Source: the human T2T-CHM13v2.0 reference genome, Homo sapiens
Direction: 5' to 3' (one strand)
Length of the DNA: 64,000 nucleotides
Assembly (NCBI RefSeq): GCF_009914755.1
Contig: NC_060946.1
Under the pieces are notes generated by a model. The model ran no database searches and was not told where the DNA came from. It saw only the letters and a program-made list of their open reading frames with translations. This document shows, piece by piece, positions 54,231 through 64,000 of this stretch. Both the position numbers and the translations under genes were made by a program. How positions within the stretch are numbered: position 1 is the first letter of the stretch; every line of letters starts with the position of its first letter.

Positions 54231-55229
54231 CCCTGCCCCACTCAGTCTATCCTGTGCCAGGCACTGACTAGGTTCTAGGAAGGGGAACTGAGAGTGGAGG
54301 GGTGTATCCTCTGGGTAGAGTGGGATGGGGTTGGATGAGTGATGTAAATTGTGTTAGGGGGAGAGTCTCAGGCTTTTCTCCTATGCAAGGCATTGAATCA
54401 AGTCAATTGCCCTGGAGGGTTGGAAGTCATTTTGGCCCAGGAAATCAGCATAGGCTTCCTGGAAGAGGCCTTATTTAAACGGCTCTAAAAGGATGGGTGG
54501 GAATCAGGCAAATGGACATTGTGCTGGGGGTAAAGGGCTGTCTATGAAGAAGGAATAGCATGAAAAAGACACTCAAGTCATTGTATTTATTTGAGATTGT
54601 GAGACTGTGGTCAGGGTCTGCTGTATTGACTAGGTTGATTGTTTTTTGGGGGGTGTTTGGGAAGGCTTGAATACCTTGCCCAAGGCAAGGGACAGTGGGA
54701 GCTATTGATGATTTTAGTGCTGGGGAGTGATCAGACAGACCTTCCCAGGATTTGGAGCTTTGCCAGCCAGTGTAAGCTTATTCTTTCAGAAATCTATTTG
54801 TACTTGGAGGGAATTATTTCTTTATATTTCCTGCAATGCAATATGCACATCTCAGTCTCCCTAAGGAGAGAGCGTGTTATGCTTAGATTTTTCTGAGTCA
54901 AGCATTGTGCTGCTGTGTTTTATGTTGAATTGAGCTTTGGGGTTGAGTTTCCTCTGCAGTGAACACCAGTTCCAGGGCTGGGTCTTCCTTCCTGCCCCCT
55001 CTTCCTACACCAGGCTGGACACACACAGCCTCTGGGCTGGTTCCAGACTCACTTGTCTCTGTCAACTGTTCCAGTTGCCCTTGGAAACCTTCTAGTCAAG
55101 CTTATGATGATCCTGCCATAAAGCAGGGCCAGTAAAACTCCAAGTGAGGGCAAGGCCTGGTTTATTGCTCATTAGACATCTTTACTGGGTCTGCCCCAGG
55201 GGAGGGAGTAAGAACCCTGACCTCCAAAG

Positions 55230-55680
55230 CTTTGAATTGAGTCACCATGGGAGGTGTTTTCCTTACGTGTGATTCTGCATATATCCAAAGCTCCAGAAGA
55301 AACGTGCACCCTTGGAACCAAATAGCCCACTTCTAGGCAAAATTTCACTTGGGAAAATAATTGTATGTGGATGTTCATTGCAATGTTGGTTTTAAGGTTC
55401 ACTAATTGACAGGTTGACCATTAAAGATCCAGTAGTGGGGGATGGGTTATCTAATATTTATATAATGGAATACGATGAAAGCTGTAGAAACTGCTGTATA
55501 GGGTGTATAGCTATTGTCCTGAAAGATGGTCATGACATAGTTTGAAATGAAACAATAACAACAAAAAACAAGTTTCTAAATAGGATGCATGATCTGATTC
55601 CATTTTAATTTTGACCATGAGTTCCTGTTTTTGTTGGAAATGTCAACGTTGTTGTACATCAGAATAGTGGGATTTAGGAA
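55230..55680 (+). mobile_element. Old L1 (L1ME-like) fragment
   Basis: CCCACTTCTAGG..GGATGTTCATTGCAATGTTG..ATAATGGAATAC. Confidence 0.55.
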
Positions 55681-55977
55681 TTTTTTTTTGTTTTTTTTTG
55701 AGACAGGGTCTTACTCTGTCACCCAGGCTGGCGTGCCATGGTGCAGTCATAGCTCACTGCAGCCTCAAATTCATGGGCTCAAGCAATTCACCTCAGCCTC
55801 CCAAAGTGCTAGAACTACAAGCATACACCACCATACCCAGTAAGTTATTTTATCTTTCTTTCATAACGAATCTTGCTATGTTGACCAGGCTGGTTTCTAA
55901 CTCCTGGCCTCAAGCTATCCTCCTGCCTTAGCCTCCCAAAGCATTGGGATCACAGGTGTGAGCCACCACACCTGGCT
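55681..55977 (-). mobile_element. AluJ
   Basis: J diagnostics. Confidence 0.92.
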
Positions 55978-56176
55978 GGATTTACGATTATTAAAAACAC
56001 TTTTGTTTGTGTGTATTGAATTTTTCTGTCGTTATCATGTGGAACGCCTAAAGAAGTCTAGTGGAGGGGTGAGGCTCAGCCAGAATACTGTAAGAGCTTT
56101 GGGTATTTGAAAGAGGACATCACACCCTTGGGGGAAGTCCAGTCTCTCAGGAGGCTAAGATCTCCTCAATCTAAAG

Positions 56177-56648
56177 CAGGGGTCAGCAAATTTTGTCTGT
56201 GAAGAGCTATAGTATGTATTTTAGGTTTTCTGGGCGATATGGCCTCTGTAACAACTACTCAACTCTGTCACTAAGGCAGAGTCATGGATAAAGGCTCTTG
56301 AAGGAAGCCATAGATAGTCTGGGCAACATGGCGAAAGCCCTTTTCTACAAAAAATTTAAAAAATTAGCAGGTCATGGTGGTGCATGCCTGTAGTCCCAAC
56401 TAGTTAGGAGGCTGAGGTGGGAAGACTGCTTGAGCCCAGGAGATTGAGACTGCAGTGAGCTGAGATCATGCCTGGGACACACAGCAAGACCTTGTCCCTT
56501 AAAAAAAAAAAAAAAAAAGGCAGCAGCAGCAGCAACCATAGATAATATGTAAATAAGTGGCTGTGGGTGTGTTCCAATAAAACTTTATTTGCAAAACCAG
56601 GCAGTGGGCTAGTTTGGCCTGTGGACTCTAGTTTGCCAATTTTGGATC
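56177..56648 (+). mobile_element. MER58A split by a truncated AluJ (approx 56316-56518, + strand)
   Basis: CAGGGGTCAGCAAA..CAACTACTCAACTCTG / GTGTTCCAATAAAACTTTATTT..TAGTTTGCCAA; CCATAGATA on both sides of the Alu. Confidence 0.82.
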
Positions 56649-57228
56649 CAGAGAAAAACACGGGGGGAAACAGCAGCTTAATTAATGGTTTCAGTGAGTG
56701 GTCAGCCAGTCCAAAAATAGCACAAATTGTAGGAAGGAACAAGCCAATGAAAGTTGAAAAGGCGGAGGTTAAGCAGAGGGGTAAAGATAAGTTGTAACAT
56801 TGTTTCTCCAGATCAGCAGCTGCACTTGGACAAGGGGCCTGGGGTGAGGCAGTTTGGATTATGCTTTAGAGGGCCTAAAAGGCAAATCAGCATATTAAAG
56901 GTTCTGAAAAGTCCTGCTGGAAAGACACCTGTTTATTCCCATTGTTGAACCCAGCATTTCTCACAGTCTTTTAATATACCACAGAATGCTTCTGTGGGTA
57001 TGGGTGTGTCCTACCCTACATCCCATGGTCCAGGGGAAGTTTGGGGAAGGCCATCTCAAGCTGTTCCCCTGGATCCCAGAGTCAGAAACACCAGATGTAC
57101 CGCACTCTAATGATGGAATTTACACAGGAGTCAAGACTTTGCTAATTATGTCAATTCTTACAGAAACAGTACACACTCCGTAAGAAAATGAGCTCTGCTG
57201 CTGCTGTCATTGCGAAGTAAGAATTTGA

Positions 57229-57589
<361 letters not shown>

Positions 57590-57879
57590 AAGAATCACAG
57601 GGGCTCCCTTAAAAGAGACTAAGAACACACATCTCACAATCCAGAAAGTTGTTCTCCCTCCGGGGAATGTGTCAGTTGCAGAGAGAAGTGGAAAACACAG
57701 AACCGATGAGTCTTGGGGTTGAGCCGAATCAGAATCACGGAATCTTAAAAATGACAGGAAATTTAGCAAACCTGCTCAACCTCTTGTGTCTGAGGCCCAG
57801 ACTAAGGCAGGGAGGGGCTGGCCCAAAGCCGTCACTGCAGGTTCGTAGAGGAGGTGGGACAAAAACTAGGGTGAAGGAC

Positions 57880-58940
<1,061 letters not shown>

Positions 58941-59659
58941 GGATGATTGAATAATTTATTGCCCAAACCTAGACATCTTAGAGAGTAAAATGGGCTTATC
59001 CCAGGTAAACCAGAAGGTGGGATCACCCTGACTAAAACCATCTTGTTCTGGCTCCTAAGCCAGGGCTTCTTACTCCCCCATGCAACCTGGACTCAAGTTT
59101 ACAAAAGTGTCTTCGGTGTAACAAGTGTTACATCTGCCCCATCAGGGCACCTCCCATTTTTAGAAAGTTGAACTTCTCCACAGTCCTGCTTTCCCCCACA
59201 GAGGGTAAATGAATAGTGCTTGCGCTCTAATAACAATGTTTATCTCATGCCTTTGGGCCTTTGCATATGTGTTTCCTCTGCTGACACCAACCTCCTCCTC
59301 CTCCTCCTCCTCCTCTGCTTGGCTGGCTTCTCTCAGTCTCAGTTGCGATATCTTCTCTTCTAGGAAACCTCCCCTGACCACTCTTTCTTTGGGCTTCTAT
59401 AACCCCCCTGTCTGCCCCCATCAGGGCACCTCCCAAATTTCAGTGTTTCCTTTCCTCCTCCCCTACTGGAGTGTGTCACCACTGTGATTAGGAACGTTCC
59501 CAACGCATTCCCTGTCCAGGCATAGCCCAGCGTAGACCATGAGGGCTTTTAATAGGATTCGCCTGAAGGGCATGGGCCCCCCGACGTGGTAATTAGAGCT
59601 TAAGCATTTGGTTCCCGTTATGTTTGTTTTTTAGTTGTTTGTAGGTTTTTGCTTTTTTT

Positions 59660-60317
59660 TTTTAATTGCAGTAAAATGTCCATCACCTGAAATTTACCAT
59701 TTTAACCATCTTTAAGTATACAGTTTGGTGATATTAAGTACATTCACATTGTTGTGTGACCATCATCACCATCCATCTCTAGAACTTTTTCATCTTCTCA
59801 TTTTGAAACTCCGTATCCATTAAACAATAACTCCCCATTCCCCAGCGCTGGCAACCACCATTGTACTTTCTGTCTTTATGAATTTGCCTATTCTAAACAC
59901 CTCATGTAAATGAAATTATGCATACAGTATTTGTCCTTACATGTCTGCTTATTTCACTTAGCAAAATGTCTTCAAGGGTCATCCGTATTGTAGCATATTG
60001 TAGAATTTCCTTCCTTTTGAAGGCTGAATAACATTCCATTGTATAAGGATAGATTATATTTTGTTTATCCATCCATTGATGGACATTTAATTGTTTACAC
60101 GTTTTGGTTATGATGAATAATACTGCTTCAAACATTGGTGTACAAATATCTGCTTTCAATTTTAGGGGGGTATACTCTTAGGAGTAGAATTTCAAGATTC
60201 TGTGTTTAATTTTTTGAGGAACTGCCATACTGATTTCCACAGTGGATGTGCCATTTTATATTCACAACACCAGCAAGGTATAAGGTTCCAGTGTCTTCAC
60301 ATCCTCTCCAATAGTTG

Positions 60318-60364
<47 letters not shown>

Positions 60365-60400
60365 AATTAAGTAATAGCCACTCTCATGGGTGGGAAGTGC
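59660..60400 (-). mobile_element. L1MB-like 3' fragment
   Basis: AAATTTACCATTTTAACC..TAAGTACATTCACATTGTTGTG..TTTGAGGAACTGCCATACTG. Confidence 0.9.
60321..60360. repeat. (TG)20 microsatellite
   Basis: Direct count. Confidence 0.97.
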
Positions 60401-60479
60401 CTTTTACATTTGAACACTGTAACAAGCAGTTGTTTTAGTTAAGCCCATGTGGATTTTGGTAGAAATCTGACAGGAAGGC

Positions 60480-60680
60480 AGGGGTGGGATCCACAATTCC
60501 AGCCACCCATGGGCAAGTCACAGCACTCCTCCAGCCTCAGTTTACTCATCTGTAGAATGGAAGTTGTAATAGGACCTGCCTCTTTGGGATGGTAAAGGGA
60601 TGAAATGAAATAATCCTTGTAAAGCATTTAGTGTAGTGTCTGGCACATGGTGTGAGCTTAATAAACGATAGTTATTTTTA
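60480..60680 (+). mobile_element. MIR
   Basis: GGGCAAGTCAC..GCCTCAGTTTACTCATCTGTAGAATGG..TCTGGCACATGG. Confidence 0.82.
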
Positions 60681-61389
60681 TGCTTTGCTTCTGAAAGCAG
60701 GCAGGAGACAGTCTTAGCACCTCTACCTTTCAAATTGATGATGGAAAGACAGCTCAGAGGAAAACCTCTGGTATTGAGATGTAAAAAAAAAATTGCACAA
60801 ACAACATTCATGGACATAAAAGGAATTTAAAAATTTATCAACAAGTCCAACCCAGGTCTCCAACATGTTTTTTTTTTTCCATTGTCCCTGTTCTCTTCCA
60901 GACCTCTGTCATTTGTATAAACAACCTTTGCTGTTGTCATGACCTTGAATACAAAAAAAAAAAATCCCTTCTGCTTCCCCTACCAATTATCCTAAGTGCT
61001 TCCACTTTCCTGTGCATACCCCCTTACCTTTGGCTGAGATATGTTCTTTAAGAGTTTCCCTATTATAGTTAAGGCAACCATTTTTTCTGATTCCAAACTA
61101 AAGACTTGTGATGTGATGGGATTTTTGTGCAGGCTGGGAATTGGAGGTCTGCTCTTCCTACTGACAGGTTGCAGCTTTTGTGACATTTCCCATGCTTGTA
61201 AGTCCTGGGTTGTTTCAACTAGGTGTTATTGCCTGTGGTATGTTCTTGCTGTGTTTGGTTAGATAACACTGCAAAGGACATCTTTGTGCATATAACTTTT
61301 CTTTTGGATTACTTCCAGAGGACACATTTTTAAAAGTGGGATTACTGAGTTGAAAAGAAGTAAGTGTTTTGCCCGGGGTGAGGGGAAAA

Positions 61390-61610
61390 TATTTGATTTG
61401 GAGTCAGAAGACCTGGATTCCAACCCCACCTCTACCCCTCACTAGCAGTGGGAACTTGAACTGGCTGTTTCTGGACCATATTTTTTTTCTCATCTGTTAG
61501 AATGGTGGTAATTAATCATTTGAACAGCACAAGTTGTTGAGAAGATGAATGAGAGAAGGCACAAGATGCACAGTCATTTAGCATGGTGCCTGACTCTTGA
61601 TGTGGGTCTC
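61390..61610 (+). mobile_element. MIR
   Basis: TGGAGTCAGAAGACCTGGATTCC..CTCATCTGTTAGAATGG. Confidence 0.75.
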
Positions 61611-61734
61611 AAAAATGTTGTTGAAAGTGAATATTGCCGAATTGCTTTTACAATTTACATTGTCGCTAGGACCAGGTAAGGAAATCCATTTTCCCACACT
61701 CACGTCTACATTGAATATTATTTTCTTCTCTTCA

Positions 61735-62335
61735 GGTGTTTTTTGCACACCGACTTTATGCCCCTTATGGTTCAGACTCCAGATATAGCCATGAACAGGA
61801 CCCAGGACCCTTCTTGCTAGGAGCTCACAGTCTAGTGGAGGAAACAGAGGTAGTCACCAGGTATTCCTCAGTGCTGGGTGAAGGGGAAGCAGGAAGTGAG
61901 ATATTGCAGCACAGAGGAGCACCTGAACAAGCCCCACTCATGGAGCATTAGAGAAGGCCTCCTGGAGGAGGTGGCATTGAGATTAGCTAGGCAGTGAGCT
62001 AAGGGCAGTGCAGAGGCATGAAGGCGAGAAAGCGTACACTGTGTTTTGTGGCCTGTCTGGGGTTCATTGTGCTGAAGTACGTGAGTGTCTGTGACAGACA
62101 GATGGGGTGGTGTCAGTCATTATAATGAAGCTGGGGAGACGAAGAGGATCTGGATCCTGTAGGGCCTCGGGGAAGAAGTGTGGCCTTTATTCAGAAAGCA
62201 TCAGGGAGACACGGGGGCGTTAAGCAGGGGAATGACATCCTGGCGCTTGCACGTTGGAGACACCCCTGGCTACTGCTAGGTGAATGGATTGGAGGAGGCC
62301 ACAGCTGAGGCAGAATCGTCAGTGAGGAGGCTGAT
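61735..62335 (-). mobile_element. L2 fragment
   Basis: GGAGCTCACAGTCTAGTGG..AAGGCCTCCTGGAGGAGGTGGCATT..TAAGCAGGGGAATGACAT. Confidence 0.75.
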
Positions 62336-62625
62336 TTTATTTTATTTTTAAGACAGGGTCTGGCTTTGTCATACAGGCGGGAGGGCTGTGATGTGATCTT
62401 GGCTCACTGCAACCTCAGCCTCCCCGGCTCAGACAATCCTCAGCCTCCTGAGTAGCTGGGACTATAGGCATGCACCACTACACCTGGCTAATTTTTGTAT
62501 TTTTTAGTAGAGATGGGTTTTTGCCATGTTGCCCAGGCTGGTCTTGAACTCCTGGGCTCAAGTGATCCTCCCACCTCCGCCTCCCAAAGTGCTGGGATTA
62601 TAGGCATGAGACATTGCGCCTGGCC
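62336..62625 (-). mobile_element. AluJ
   Basis: TSD GAGGCTGATTTTA. Confidence 0.92.
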
Positions 62626-62925
62626 AGAGGCTGATTTTAAATGTCCCTTCTCAGTGAAATCTTCCCTAGCTAACCTTTCTCACATTCTCTCTTTTTCTGT
62701 CACTTATGTAACATTCTGGAGCTTGTCCTTACCTTTTTTTTTTTTTTTTGTCCTTTTTTTCATCTTTGTGAATGTCCATTCCATGGGAACAGGGTTTTCT
62801 ATTTGTTTTGTTCACTGCTGTGTCCCTAGCGCCTGGCCCAGAGCCTGGTACATAGATGCTTGATAATTGTGTATTGGAAGGAAGGAAGGAAGGAGCTAGG
62901 GCCACAGTCATGAGGATACAGATGA

Positions 62926-63340
<415 letters not shown>

Positions 63341-63398
63341 CCGTTCCTGGCTCTTTGCATGGCTCACTGCACAGGATGGATTTGCAGATTTGGGGACT

Positions 63399-63512
63399 AA
63401 GGTCACATTCCGGAAGATGCTGGAAGGTGTCAGGACCAGCCCACGCCCCTCACCAGATGGTGGCATTCCCAGGAGGTGGCAGCCAGAGACGACTGAATAA
63501 ATGACTGATAAG
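63399..63512. promoter_or_regulatory. Candidate CTCF/enhancer motif cluster
   Basis: CCAGGAGGTGGCAGC and CACCAGATGGTGGC CTCF-like cores, CCACGCCC, CCGGAAG, AAGGTCA, TGATAA in non-repeat DNA. Confidence 0.35.
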
Positions 63513-64000
63513 CTCTCAGATCGAATTTAAGGGTGTAATTATGAAAGATCTTAAACAGCTGTTAGAATGAATCAACACCTCTGAATCTGGGAGAAAAGCT
63601 GCCAAACTGTTTGGTTTTGAATGGAAGTGCTTTTCTTCCCTTCTCTCTTGTGAGGCTTCAAGCTCAGTGGCTGTGTCCCCAGCACCAAGTACAGAACCTG
63701 GTGCTTGGGAGGGAGGCAGTGAGCATTGGCAGAAGTAGGGTCACAAGAGTGGACAAATGAATGCTTTCGAATGACTCCTGTTGAATTTCAGCACCTGTTG
63801 CTCTTGGGTGACCCCCTTCTCAGACAAATGATTTTTTTTCCTGCATGAAATAGCAGAAAATGGGAATCTTGCACTTTGCAAATTAAGCTTGGGGAGATCA
63901 AGCTTGTGGACTTGGCAAGTTCAGCAACAGTAGAGAAACACTCATTGCTAGCCCACTGCCTGGGGTCAGCCTGATGTCCCCTCTCTCACGGTCCTGCCAC

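Noticed and set aside
61718-61740. Acceptor-like TTTTCTTCTCTTCAG
   Set aside because: Coincides with the antisense tail of an L2 element; no clear donor

Overview
This is non-coding primate (human-like) genomic DNA, most consistent with the interior of a large intron or an intergenic interval in an Alu-rich region. I count about 70 Alu copies or fragments (roughly 30% of the window; AluJ, AluS and AluY, including one AluYd-type copy). Also present are many MIR and L2 relics, old L1M 3' ends, DNA-transposon fossils (two MER2, MER30, MER58A/B, MER5-like, MER47-like, Charlie-like) and about ten solo LTRs (THE1, four MLT1, three LTR16-like, two copies of an ERV1 LTR resembling LTR15). I found no credible coding exon, RNA gene, CpG island or CRISPR-like array. 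Most ORFs in the track are Alu or simple-repeat read-throughs; the rest are short frames I do not recognise. I cannot name the host gene; the mostly minus-strand L1s and LTRs hint at a + strand transcription unit (inference). I did not find a new biological system. The real signals are small-scale genome-evolution events and candidate regulatory elements: an Alu-Alu recombination tandem duplication (40.9-41.6 kb), a template-switch mutation cluster in an Alu (6.7 kb), repeated insertions at identical target sites, two inverted RFX-box LTRs, a possible unannotated first exon (27.3-27.5 kb) and a CTCF-like motif cluster (63.4 kb). Repeat subfamily names come from recalled consensus sequences, and boundaries of old repeats are approximate.
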